A stretch of DNA of 64,000 bases from Torpedo marmorata (taxonomy: Eukaryota), in assembly GCA_977017645.1 (NCBI GenBank), contig OZ360232.1:112468001-112532000 (forward strand), read 5' to 3'. The translations under genes were made by a program, and so were the position numbers. Shown piece after piece: positions 11,974-25,688 of the stretch; position 1 is the stretch's first letter, and the number at the start of each line of letters is the position of its first letter. The notes below the pieces were generated by a model. That model had not been told where the DNA came from and searched no databases. It was given only the letters and a program-made list of their open reading frames with translations.

Positions 11974-12415
11974 AGATAAAAAGAAGTTACTCTCCATCAT
12001 GAATTAAGTGACTACAACAGTGTTTCTCACAGTGTTATCAAATGGGACTTTCACATGGTCTGCTCATTGATTTTTAGTTTTCTGCCAACTCCACCCGTCA
12101 CTTCTGTGAGTATTGGGTATCTACTGTATCTGCCTTCTGCAGGTGGAACTAAGTGGGATTCCAATGTCCTTTGTGCAACTTCATATAATGTTCCTGGATC
12201 TTATTTTAAAAATGCTATATTGTGGAAGTTGTTATTTTTGCATATTTTGTGATGCATGGATGATTTAATTTGCTTTTGTCAGTAAATTAATCAGAGACTA
12301 TGGAAAATGTGAATAGTTTATGAGGACAGTGGAGCAAAGACATTGCCAAAAAGCACTTAACCTTTTTGACATTGGTGAGTTATGTGCAGCACCAATCAAA
12401 TTATTACTGATAAGA

Positions 12416-12648
12416 TTTAAATTTAAATTTAGACATACAGCCATTTCGGCCCACGAGTCCGTCCCGCCCAATTTACACCAAATTAACGTTTTGAACGGTG
12501 GGAGGAAACCGGAGCCCCCGCGGAAAACCCACGCAGACACGGGGAGAATGTACCAACTCCTTACAGACAGCGCGGGATTCAAACCCCCGTCCCGATCGCT
12601 GGTGCTGTAAAGGTGTTTGCGCTAACCGCTATGCCAATTGTGCTGCCC
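12416..12648 (-). mobile_element. V-SINE (HE1-like)
   Basis: Reverse complement of the 11719-11973 family. Confidence 0.85.
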
Positions 12649-14139
12649 CAAGATGTAATATAGCTTGGTATTCCAAATATAATTTCAGGGTGTCTCCCAA
12701 TCACACATTTCTCTTAGCATCAGATATCACTTCTGTTAGGAAGTTTTCACCTCCTACAAACTGAAGAGTCAGCTTGCACATTCAGTGTTTCCTGTGTCAG
12801 AAGCACTCTTGTTACTGGGTATTGCTCATTGAGATTGATACAAATCCCTCACATTACTAGATACCAGAAGAATAAACAGTTTAGCAGATAGCATCACAGA
12901 CCATAAGCAGAGCAGTTCATTGAATCAAAACTACTAAACCAGCAGAAAACCACTGCTGGATGCAACAGAATGAAGTTTGACTGAATCTTGAACAAAAAAT
13001 GAACCGCTGTCAAAATATCAATTGTGAACTTGAACAGGAGGGTCATTAAGAGTCCATCACTACAAGAATACAACGGGAACAAATATAGATGTGCCCGAGT
13101 TGAAGTGAAATATCCTCCCTGCTCCTTTTGTTCACAAGAAATCAAAAATGTGTCATTTAAAATTATGAGTCAGCAGTAAAATGGTACATAAGGGAAATGG
13201 CTACTGAAGCATTTGCAGAGTAAATCCTTTAAATTATTCTGTTTTTTTCTCATCAGATACTATCTGACCCATTGAGTATCTCAACCATTCTTGGTATTTC
13301 AGATTCCCAGCAGCCAAGGTTTCCTCTCTTGCATTTTGAATACAATTGAATTCTCTGCCACTTCTCTCCCAGCAGGCAATTTTGGATGACATTCTTCTTC
13401 TATCTCTGCTGAGGTTTCCCATAGTCTCTTTCACCATGTCCTCTTCACTCATTTTCTTCTGCAATTCAAAACACACTCTTTTTCAAACTTTTCTAGTTTT
13501 GATGACTTTCAGATTTTCAGTGTCTCGAGTTTTTTCCGCTTATTTTGATTGCTTCAACTAATTTCAGTAGGAAGTATATGAGGAAAACTTATTAGAATAT
13601 TAAAACAGTGTAGCCAAACAAGTTTTGGAATAGTCCATAGTCCCCATTGTTACATAACTCTGAGATAGTTGGAGTCACATATAGTGAGAATTTTGAAACT
13701 CAATTCTCTAATGCTTCCAATTCTGTGATAGTATTCATCCCTGCTCTAAGTTTACATATTCCTCTTGGTGCTTGAATTTAGAATTTTTAATCTCACCTTC
13801 CTCCACATATCTGAAAATGTGATATTTAATATTTAAAGGAAAATGTCACTTCAAAGTTGCAGCTACAAATTAATACTGTGCCTCTCTTCCCTTTGTCGTT
13901 CAGTAGTACACAACATGGTTTACTCGTATTCGAATCATATATATCAATTATAATAAAACAAATCTTCCCATTATCCCTGAACAACAGTACCATTTTTTAA
14001 TTGCACCTTCAACAATAATTACAAATAAAACCACAAGAATTAGTTCACTCTGTAAACTGCTCCATTTTAGGTTTAAAAAAAATGTTTGTTCTACTTTTGT
14101 GATACTTTTGGTTCATTTGCTGCCCTTCCATTTCCTTCG

Positions 14140-14560
14140 AAATTTATTGTCATGAACATGTCATGAAATTTGTTGCTTTACAGTGATTACAGTGCAGATA
14201 TTGCTATAAAATTATATTTAAAAATAAATAAATCAGTGCAAAAATAAGAGAAAGTGAGGTAGTGTCTGTGGTTCATTGTCCGATCAGGAATCTGTTGGCA
14301 GAGGGGAAGAAGCTGTCCTTGTGCCGCTAGGTGTTAGTCTTCAGGCTCCTGAACCTTCTTCCCGATGGTAGCAGTGTGAAGGGGGCATGGCCTGGGTGGT
14401 GGGGGTCCTTGAGGATAGAGGCTGCTTTCTTAAGACATCGCCTCTTGTAGATGTCCTTAACGGAGTGAAGACTGATGCCCGTGATGGTGCTGGCCGAGTT
14501 CACAACTCTCTGTAGTTTTTGCTTGTCCTGTGCATTGGGACCTCCATACCAGACCAGAAT
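14140..14560 (-). mobile_element. Rex1/Babar LINE 3' fragment
   Basis: WYGG...KLQRVV...[22 protein letters not shown]. Confidence 0.85.
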
Positions 14561-15160
14561 CTGTTCCTGCATCAATGTTAACTTGTCAGGAAGAAACGTC
14601 ATAAGCCAAAGGAACTTTTATTTTTCTATTGCAGAGTTCTATCTGACCAATAGTGACATCCTGGAGCACATTTATACCCAGTGCAACAAGCTATGAATAA
14701 GATAGCAGAGATATCCGAACAATTTTCCCTTAAGTTCATCAAGTTTCTGTACTTGATGATCTATTACTATTTAATGCATTCCGAGCTATTTCAAAACATT
14801 CCAATTTGGTAGCACTGTTTTCCTCTGTGTTACAGGTATTCTCCACTGGAGCCAAGGATGGGAAGAGGCATGCTGGCAAGGGTTGGGGGATAAGTAGGTT
14901 GAACAGGGAGTGTTTCCTGGAGGCTACAATTTTCAAAACCTCTGCCATGTCAATAATGCTGCACAGCTCACGAAAAAGTCATTCATTTAATTTAATTACA
15001 TTTGTCATCAAAAAAATCAAAATGGCCAATGTTAAATAGAAACTTCTTCATGTTGAATCCAGGAACCTTCCTTAATTTAACCTGCTACTGCAATTCACTA
15101 CTATATCATATGGCATAAAATATGGCTCTGTGTCATGCATCTCTTACCAAAGTCATGATT

Positions 15161-15430
15161 AGCGCGGCACAGTTGGTGTAGCGGTTAGCGCAACGCCTTT
15201 ACAGCGCCAGCGATCGGGACAGGGGTTCAAATCCCGCGCTGTCTGTAAGGAGTTTGTACGTTCTCCCCGTGTCTGCATGGGTTTTCCCCAGGGGCTCCGG
15301 TTTCCTCCCACCGTTCAAAACGTACCGGGGGTGTAGGTTAATTGGATGTAAATTGAGCAGCACGTACTCGTGGGCCAAAATGGCCTGTTACCATGCTATA
15401 TGTCTAAATTAAAAAATTTTTTTAAATTAA
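15161..15430 (+). mobile_element. V-SINE (HE1-like)
   Basis: A/B boxes and V-domain as in the other copies. Confidence 0.87.
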
Positions 15431-15795
15431 TACCGTAATAAATGAGTGAGGCCAGGTAGATCCAGCCCATTCATTCAGTGAAAATCACAAAAGTGTAAAC
15501 CATGAACTCATTTTCCATAGGAAGCTGGCTTGAGTTTTAGTTATTTGTTCTGAACTGTCACATCAAGTATCTCATTAGGCCCATTTCTCTTATTTGGAAT
15601 CTGTTTCCATTCCATGCCACATATTTCACAAAAATGTTTCCAAAGACATTTGCATTCTGAAATTCAAAGCCTCATATTTGCTTTTAAAGAGAGCATTATC
15701 AAACTTAGAATCATGACCTAATTTACAATTGCCTGTTCATTCCTAACTAGCTTCAATTTCTCAGTCTGCAAAGATTATACACACTGAAGAAAGAT

Positions 15796-16019
15796 ATTTA
15801 GACACACAGCACGGTAACAGGCCCTTTCGGCCCACGAGTCCGTGCCGCCCAATTACACCCAATTAACCTACAACCCCTGGTACGTTTTGAACGGTGGGAG
15901 GAAACCGGAGCCCCCGGGGAAAACCCACGCAGACACGGGGAGAACGTACAAACTCCTTACAGACAGCACGGGATTCGAACCCCGGACGCTAGCGCTGTAA
16001 CAGCGTTGTGCTAACCACT
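15796..16019 (-). mobile_element. V-SINE (HE1-like)
   Basis: Reverse-complement copy with B box GGTTCGAATCC. Confidence 0.87.
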
Positions 16020-16185
16020 AAATATTATTATATTTATTATTTTTAAATTTATTATATTTTATATATATATTATTTTTTATATTTTTATTAAAATTTAATT
16101 ATTTACAGTAATAAATTTATTAAAATAAATGTAATACAAATAATTATTAAATAATTAAATAGAAATCTAAATAAATATTATTCAT
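16020..16185. repeat. AT-rich low-complexity tract
   Basis: Almost entirely A/T. Confidence 0.85.
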
Positions 16186-16599
16186 TCCAGATTCCCAATA
16201 TTGCATATTACATTACAAAATCCATAATTTTACTAAGACTATAATCTTCCATCTTTGCATTCACCAGACCAAGTTTCATGTTTTCTGTTTAATGGGAGCA
16301 ATTCATATTTCCAGGGGGAAAAAAACTTGCATTTACATGGCAATGAACTATTTATTAAAAAGAGCCACCAATGCAGGGAAACCTGGTCCAGTATGGCCCC
16401 ACAATTAGCAAAGAGATAAAGCAAAAGATAATCTTATTGAAACTTTTTTAATTCATTTTTGGGATGTGGATGTTGCTGGCAAGGCCAGCATTGTTGCCCA
16501 TCCCCAGTGGCCCAGGAACTGAATGGCTTGCTGGGACATTTTATAGGGCATTTAAGATTGGCAGATCAGGATTCTTGCACTGATGTTGATCATGGGATA

Positions 16600-16790
16600 A
16601 TTTCTATCCAGACTCTCTGAGAGGTCAGAAAAGGCTTCTATTTAATGTCTTGTTCAAACGACAGTAATTCAGACTGCAATGGAATGTCAGATCAGGTTAT
16701 TTATTCTTTATTGCAGAATAGGATTTGAACCGGCAGCCTTTGACTCAGAAGAAAATCATTATTGAGCCAAATGCTGGCTCCAAAGATTTA
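16600..16790 (-). mobile_element. Degenerate Deu-domain SINE (SacSINE1/AmnSINE1-like)
   Basis: TTTAATGTCTTGTTCAAACGACAG...GGATTTGAACC...TGACTCAGA resembles the reverse complement of the Deu-domain head, recognised from memory. Confidence 0.5.
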
Positions 16791-16829
16791 TATTTAAAAT
16801 ACAGACATGCCGAATACAACATTTTTAAA

Positions 16830-18432
16830 ACAGAGTCATGGAGGTTTGCAGAACAACACCAGGCCCTTTGGCCCATCACAACCCTGCCGACCAAATTATC
16901 TACCTAAGCTAGTTCCATTTGCCTGCATTTGGCCTATATCCCTCTAAACCTTTTCTATCATGAACCTATTTAATTGCTTTTTAAATATTGCAATTGTACC
17001 TGTTATGGACCATGACTGACAGTTTGGACTGCGGACGGTAAGCAGGAAGGATGAAGTTTTTTTGGAGTACACACTGGGACCTGGTACTGAAAGAGTTAAC
17101 TTGCCCAGGACTTCTTGTATTTACCAGAGAGAGACACCAGGGGGAGACAAACTGTGGAAATATACTTGGGTGTGGAACTTTGGAAGAAGGAACAGAGAAA
17201 ACTTTATCTGTATGAAGGCCTCAAGTTCATTCGTGGAGAACTAAATCAGTGGCAGTTTTGGAGTTGCAAAGGCGGGAGAACTCAGCAGGATCCAGGCTTG
17301 TGCATCCCAGAGAAGAAGTTGGGAGAATAGCACAGAGTCTCTTGAATCAGAAAAGTCCAGGCTTGTGCATCCCAGGGGAAGCGGCTGGGAGAAATACAGG
17401 GCCTGGTGATTCAGCAAAATCCTGAGTTGAGAACAGCTTTTGTGAAGAACAGACTGTGCGATCCAAGTATACACCTAAATCCAAAACGGATCTGAATTCG
17501 CAATCCTTGTGAAAACACCAGAAGGGAAAGTCATCAGAGAAGAAAAGCAAGCCAAGTATTCGTAAGCATAAACATTCATTGTCTCTCTCTCCAACGTTCA
17601 TTAAGAAGTCCTTCTTGCCAGCACACAGAGCTGAATTTGGACCCTGAACTTAGAGAGTGATTTTTTCTGGACTGTATTTTTGGAACTGACTTGTTTTTAT
17701 GACTGACCTGGGGTTTTTGGGGAAAGTTTTTCCATTTTTACATGAGGGTTGGGCACAGACTGTAATGGTCTGGGCTTTACACACACACACACACACACAT
17801 CTTTTAGATAAGAATAGTGTTTATAGACGTTTATAGTGGGGTTAATTGTTGTGAAGTTATATGTTTAATTGTCTTTAATAAATATAAATTTCAATTTTAC
17901 CCCTTTTGCATTGCGTCTTCTGTCGTTGCTGGTTTGAATTTTGTAACAACCCACCTCTATTACTACCTGTGGCAGCTTATTCCATGTGCCTGTCCAAGAG
18001 ATTTTTAAATGTCCCTATTAAATGGCAATGCATTCCAGGCACCCACCACTCTCTGTGTAAAATAAATATCCTGCCATCTCCCTTGAACTGTCCTTCCCTC
18101 GCCTTATACAGATGTCCTATGGTATTTACTACTGTCACCCTGGGAAAAAGGTGCTGCTTGTCCATCCTATCTATGCCTCTCATAATCTTACATACCTCTA
18201 TTGTCACCTCTCATCCTTCTTTACTCCAGAGAAAACCCTCGCTCTGTTAATCTTTTCTCATAAGACATGTTCTCCAACCCAGGCAACATCCTGGTAAATC
18301 TCCTCTGCATCCTCTAGTCTAAAGCTTCCACATCCTTCCTGTAATGAGGTGACCAGAACTGAACACAATATTCCAAGTGTCGTCTAACCAGAGTTTTATA
18401 GAGCTGCAACATTACCTCTTGACTCTTGAATT
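16830..18432 (-). mobile_element. CR1 3' fragment split by a solo LTR
   Basis: Minus-strand ORF 17977-18207 IEVCKIMRGIDR...LFPRV. Host sequence ATTGTACC / CACCTCTA rejoins across 17001-17948. Confidence 0.8.
17001..17948 (+). mobile_element. Solo LTR (about 950 bp) of an unidentified LTR family
   Basis: TGTTA...TAACA inverted termini, AATAAA near 17877, imperfect ACC(C) duplication, interrupts a CR1. Has an internal 20-bp direct repeat and a (CA)n tract. Confidence 0.7.
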
Positions 18433-18624
18433 ATACATTAATTTTTATCCCAAATTTCTAATCAAAGACTGTATCACAATCTCAACTTCTCAGCAGCCAT
18501 TTTGCAGAGGTTTTGTTGGCTGATATACATTTCTTTTTAGTGACTATATTCACCAATACAGCATTCCTAATCCCATATCGTCTCCATTACATTCTACAGA
18601 AACAGAGTCTATTCCAATCATTTA

Positions 18625-18890
18625 AAAAATGTAATAAAAGTTTTCTTGGAAACAATGCAAGATCTCCATTAGCTCTGGGGAAATCTGAGCCCCGAGGTTG
18701 TTCCAGATGGAGAAGGTACATTCCAAATGGTGTTGGGAACGTCAGATCCATGCACATGGACCTGCCCAACCGGGGACCTCTTGTCCCACTTGTGCACGAC
18801 TCTGCTGCCCCCCCACACTTGCATCGCCCGACGGTGCAAAGTGGAAGCTCGTCCTCTTCTATCCCGAGGGTCCACCTGAGAAGAAGACAA
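18625..18890 (+). mobile_element. Degenerate RTE-clade LINE 3' end
   Basis: Decayed ...RWRR...CPTCARLC C-terminal motif and an end reading CCCGAGGG...GAGAAGAAGA. Confidence 0.55.
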
Positions 18891-19088
18891 GGACTCTGGC
18901 CACCAGTTTTCCCCGTTTCCCACCGTTTCTGCGTGGAGAGACAGCGTCCTGACTACCGTTCCTGCCACCTTCCCTCTGTGACTGTACTTCTAGGAATGCC
19001 CCTGGTCCGGCGATGCATTCCCACATCCTTTCTTGTTTCTAACCTTCACACCTCCACTGTGTCTGTCGGAGGTGTCGGGTCCCTACCT

Positions 19089-22000
19089 CAACCCCAGCAC
19101 CATCCCATTCACCACAACAATCCCAGCACCATCCCATTCACCACAACAATCCCAGCACCATCCCATTCACCACAACAATCCCAGCACTATCCCATTCACC
19201 ACAACAACCCCAGCACCATCCCATTCACCACAACAATCCCAGCACCATCCCATTCACCACAACAATCCCAGCACCATCCCATTCACCACAACAATCCCAG
19301 CACCATCCCATTCACCACAACAATCCCAGCACCATCCCATTCACCACAACAATCCCAGCAGCATCCCATTCACCACTACAATCCCAGCACCATCCCATTC
19401 ACCACAACAATCCCAGCACCATCCCATTCACAACAATCCCAGCACCATCCCATTCACCACAACAATCCCAGCACCATCCCATTCACCACAACAATCCCAG
19501 CACATCCCATTCACCACAACAATCCCAGCACCATCCCATTAACCACAACAATCCCAGCACCATCCCATTCACCACAACGACCCCAGCACCATCCCATTCA
19601 CCACAACAATCCCAGCACCACCCCATTCATAACAATCCCAGCACCACCCTATTCACCACAACAATCCCAGCACCATCCCATTCACCACAACAATCCCAGC
19701 ACCATCCCATTCACCACAACAATCCCAGCACCATCCCATTCACCACAACAACCCCAGCACCATCCCATTCATCACAACAACCCCAGCACCACCCCATTCA
19801 CCACAACAATCCCAGCACCATCCCATTCACCACAACAACCCCAGCACCATCCCATTCACCACAACAATCCCAGCACCATCCCATTCACCACAACAATCCC
19901 AGCACCATCCCATTCACCACAACAACCCCAGCACCATCCCATTCACCACAACTATCCCAGCACGATCCCATTCACCACAACAACCCCAGCACCATCCCAT
20001 TCACCACAACAATCCCAGCACCATCCCATTCACCACAACAATCCCAGCACCATCCCATTCACCACAACAACCCCAGCACCATCCCATTCACCACAACAAC
20101 CTCAGCACCATCCCATTCACCACAACAACCCCAGCACCATCCCATTCACCACAACAACCCCAGCACCATCCCATTCACCACAACAATCCCAGCATCATCC
20201 CATTCACCACAACAATCCCAGCACCATCCCATTCACCACAACAACCGCAGCACCATCCCATTCACCACAACAATCCCAGCACCATCCCATTCACCACAAC
20301 AACCCCAGCACCACCCCATTCACCACAACAATCCCAGCACCATCCCATTCACCACAACAACCCCAGCACCATCCCATTCACCACAACAATCCCAGCACCA
20401 TCCCATTCACAACAATCCCAGCACCATCCCATTCACCACAACAACCCCAGCACCACCCCATTCACCACAACAATCCCAGCACCATCCCATTCACCACAAC
20501 AACCCCAGCACCACCCCATTCACCACAACAATCCCAGCACCACACCATTCACCACAACAATCCCAGCACCATCCCATTCACAACAATCCCAGCACCATCC
20601 CATTCACCACAACAATACCAGCACCATCCCATTCACCACAACACCCCCAGCAGCATCCCATTCACCACAACAATCCCAGCACCATCCCATTCACCACAAC
20701 AATCCCAGCACCATCCCATTCACCACAACAACCCCAGCACCACCCCATTCACCACAACAATCCCAGCACCATCCCATTCACAACAATCCCAGCACCATCC
20801 CATTCACCACAACAACCCCAGCACCACCCCATTTACCACAACAATCCCAGCACCATCCCATTCACCACAACAACCCCAGCACCACCCCATTCACCACAAC
20901 AATCCCAGCACCACCCCATTCACCACAACAATCCCAGCACCATCCCATTCACAACAATCCCAGCACCATCCCATTCACCACAACAATCCCAGCACCATCC
21001 CATTCACCACAACAATCCCAGCACCACCCCATTCACCACAACAATCCCAGCACCATCCCATTCACCACAACAACCCCAGCACCATCCCATTCACCACAAC
21101 AACCCCAGCACCATCCCATTCACCACAACAACCCCAGCACCATCCCATTCACCACACCAACCCCAGCACCACCCCATTCACCACAACAATCCCAGCACCA
21201 TCCCATTCACCACAACAATCCCAGCACCATACCATTCACCACAACAATCCCAGCACCATCCCATTCACAACAATCCCAGCACCATCCCATTCACCACAAC
21301 AATCCCAGCACCATCCCATTCACCACAACAACCCCAGCACCATCCCATTCACCACAACAACCCCAGCACCATCCCATTCACCACAACAATCCCAGCACCA
21401 TCCCATTCACCACAACAATCCCAGCACCATCCCATTCACAACAATCCCAGCACCATCCCATTCACCACAACAATCCCAGCACCATCCCATTCACCACAAC
21501 AATCCCAGCACCATCCCATTCACCACAACAACCCCAGCACCATCCCATTCACCACAACAACCCCAGCACCATCCCATTCACCACAACAATCCCAGCACCA
21601 TCCCATTCACCACAACAACCCCAGCACCATCCCATTCACCACAACAACCCCAGCACCATCCCATTCACCACAACAATCCCAGCACCATCCCATTCACCAC
21701 AACAACCCCAGCACCATCCCATTCACCACAACAATCCCAGCACCATCCCATTCACCACAACAACCCCAGCACCATCCCATTCACAACAATCCCAGCACCA
21801 CCCCATTCACCACAACAATCCCAGCACCATCCCATTCACCACAACAACCCCAGCACCATCCCATTCACCACAATCCCAGCACCATCCCATTCACCACAAC
21901 CCCAGCACCATCCCATTCACCACAACAACCCCAGCACCATCCCATTCACCACAACAATCCCAGCACCATCCCATTCACAACAATCCCAGCACCATCCCAT

Positions 22001-25000
22001 TCACCACAACAACCCCAGCACCATCCCATTCACCACAACAACCCCAGCACCATCCCATTCACCACAACAATCCCAGCACCATCCCATTCACCACAACAAC
22101 CCCAGCACCATCCCATTCACTACAACAACCCCAGCACCATCCCATTCACCACAACAACCCCAGCACCATCCCATTCACAACAACCCCAGCACCATCCCAT
22201 TCACCACAACGACCCCAGCAGCATCCCATTCACCACAACGATCCCAGCACCATCCCATTCACAACAATCCCAGCACCATCCCATTCACCACAACAATCCC
22301 AGCACCATCCCATTCACCACAACGACTCCAGCACCATCCCATTCACCACAACAATCCCAGCACCATCCCATTCACCACAACAATCCCAGCACCATCCCAT
22401 TCACAACAATCCCACCACCACCCCATTTACCACAACAATCCCAGCACCATCCCATTCACCACAACAATCCCAGCACCATCCCATTCACCACAACAACCCC
22501 AGCACCATCCCATTCACCACAACAATCCCAGCACCATCCCATTCACCACAACAACCCCAGCACCATCCCATTCACCACAACAATCCCAGCACCATCCCAT
22601 TCACCACAACAACCCCAGCACCATCCCATTCACCACAACAACCCCAGCACCATCCCATTCACCACAACAATCCCAGCACCATCCCATTCACCACAACAAC
22701 CCCAGCACCATCCCATTCACCACAACAATCCCAGCACCATCCCATTCACCACAACAACCCCAGCACCATCCCATTCACCACAACAACCCCAGCACCATCC
22801 CATTCACCACAACAACCCCAGCACCATCCCATTCACCACAACAATCCCAGCACCATCCCATTCACCACAACAACCCCAGCACCATCCCATTCACCACAAC
22901 AATCCCAGCACCATCCCATTCACCACAACAACCCCAGCACCATCCCATTCACCACAACAACCCCAGCACCATCCCATTCACCACAACAATCCCAGCACCA
23001 TCCCATTCACCACAACAACCCTAGCACCATCCCATTCACCACAACAACCCCAGCACCATCCCATTCACCACAACAACCCCAGCACCATCCCATTCACCAC
23101 AACAACCCCAGCACCATCCCATTCACCACAACAACCCCAGCACCATCCCATTCACCACAACAATCCCAGCACCATCCCATTCACCACAACAACCCCAGCA
23201 CCATCCCATTCACCACAACAACCCCAGCACCATCCCATTCACCACAACAACCCCAGCACCATCCCATTCACCACAACAATCCCAGCACCATCCCATTCAC
23301 CACAACAACCCCAGCACCATCCCATTCACCACAACAATCCCAGCACCATCCCATTCACCACAACAACCCCAGCACCATCCCATTCACCACAACAACCCCA
23401 GCACCATCCCATTCACCACAACAATCCCAGCACCATCCCATTCACCACAACAACCCTAGCACCATCCCATTCACCACAACAACCCCAGCACCATCCCATT
23501 CACCACAACAACCCCAGCACCATCCCATTCACCACAACAATCCCAGCACCATCCCATTCACCACAACAACCCCAGCACCATCCCATTCACCACAACAATC
23601 CCAGCACCATCCCATTCACCACAACAACCCCAGCACCAACGCATTCACCACAACAATCCCAGCACCATCCCATTCACCACAACAACCCCAGCACCATCCC
23701 ATTCACCACAACAATCCCAGCACCATCCCATTCACAACAATCCCACCACCACCCCATTCACCACAACAATCCCAGCACCATCCCATTCACCACAACAATC
23801 CCAGCACCATCCCATTCACCACAACAACCCCAGCACCATCCCATTCACCACAACAATCCCAGCACCATCCCATTCACCACAACAACCCTAGCACCATCCC
23901 ATTCACCACAACAACCCCAGCACCATCCCATTCACCACAACAACCCCAGCACCATCCCATTCACCACAACAATCCCAGCACCATCCCATTCACCACAACA
24001 ACCCTAGCACCATCCCATTCACCACAACAACCCCAGCACCATCCCATTCACCACAACAACCCCAGCACCATCCCATTCACCACAACAACCCCAGCACCAT
24101 CCCATTCACCACAACAACCCCAGCACCATCCCATTCACCACAACAATCCCAGCACCATCCCATTCACCACAACAACCCCAGCACCATCCCATTCACCACA
24201 ACAATCCCAGCACCATCCCATTCACCACAACAACCCCAGCACCAACGCATTCACCACAACAATCCCAGCACCATCCCATTCACCACAACAACCCCAGCAC
24301 CATCCCATTCACCACAACAATCCCAGCACCATCCCATTCACAACAATCCCACCACCACCCCATTCACCACAACAATCCCAGCACCATCCCATTCACCACA
24401 ACAATCCCAGCACCATCCCATTCACCACAACAACCCCAGCACCATCCCATTCACCACAACAATCCCAGCACCATCCCATTCACCACAACAACCCTAGCAC
24501 CATCCCATTCACCACAACAACCCCAGCACCATCCCATTCACCACAACAACCCCAGCACCATCCCATTCACCACAACCCCAGCACCATCCCATTCACCACA
24601 ACAACCCCAGCACCATTCCATTCACAACAACCCCAGCACCATCCCATTCACCACAACAATCCCAGCACCATCCCATTCACCACAACAACCCCAGCAGCAT
24701 CCCATTCACCACAACAACCCCAGCACCATCCCATTCACCACAACCCCAGCACCATCCCATTCACCACAACAACCCCAGCACCATCCCATTCACCACAACA
24801 ACCCCAGCACCATCCCATTCACAACAATCCCAGCACCACCCCATTCACCACAACAATCCCAGCACCATCCCATTCACCACAACAACCCCAGCAGCATCCC
24901 GTTCACCACAATAATCCCAGCACCATCCCATTCACCACAACAACCCCAGCACCATCCCATTCACCACAACAACCCCAGCAGCATCCCGTTCACCACAACA

Positions 25001-25688
25001 ATCCCAACACCATCCCATTCACCACAACAATCCCAGCACCACAACAACCCAGCACCATCCCGTTCACCACAACAATCCCAGCACCATCCCGTTCACCACA
25101 ACAATCCCAGCACCATCCCATTCACCACAACAATCCCAGCACCACCCCATTCACCACAACAACCCCAGCACCATCCCGTTCACCACAACAATCCCAGCAC
25201 CACCCCATTCACCACAACAACCCCAGCACCACCCCATTCACCACAACAACCCCAGCACCATCCCGTTCACCACAACAATCCCAGCACCATCCCGTTCACC
25301 ACAACATTCCCAGCACCATCCCATTCACCACAACAACCCCAGCACCACCCCATTCACCACAACAATCCCAGCACCATCCCATTCACAACAACAATCCCAG
25401 CACCATCCCGTTCACCATAACAATCCCAGCACCATCCCATTCACCACAACAATCCCAGCACCATCCCGTTCACCACAACAATCCCAGCACCATCCCATTC
25501 ACCACAACAATCCCAGCACCATCCCATTCACCACAACAATCCCAGCACCATCCCATTCACCACAACAATCCCAGCACCATCCCGTTCACCACAACAATCC
25601 CAGCACCATCCCATTCACCACAACAATCCCAGCACCATCCCATTCACCACAACAATCCCAGCACCATCCCATTCACCACAACAATCCC
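19089..25688. repeat. 6.6-kb minisatellite array, 29-bp unit CCCAGCACCATCCCATTCACCACAACAA(T/C), about 230 copies
   Basis: Directly visible. 26-bp deletion variants are interspersed and strand skew is extreme (C/A on +). Confidence 0.99.

Noticed and set aside
18513-23024. 1503-aa His/Pro/Thr-rich ORF resembling a mucin
   Set aside because: It is the stop-free C/A strand of the 29-bp VNTR cycling through three frames. It has a non-ATG start, and the N-terminal part is a decayed RTE fragment.
19089-25688. CRISPR-like appearance (29-bp repeats)
   Set aside because: Units are head-to-tail with no unique spacers, there are no cas genes, and the context is eukaryotic.
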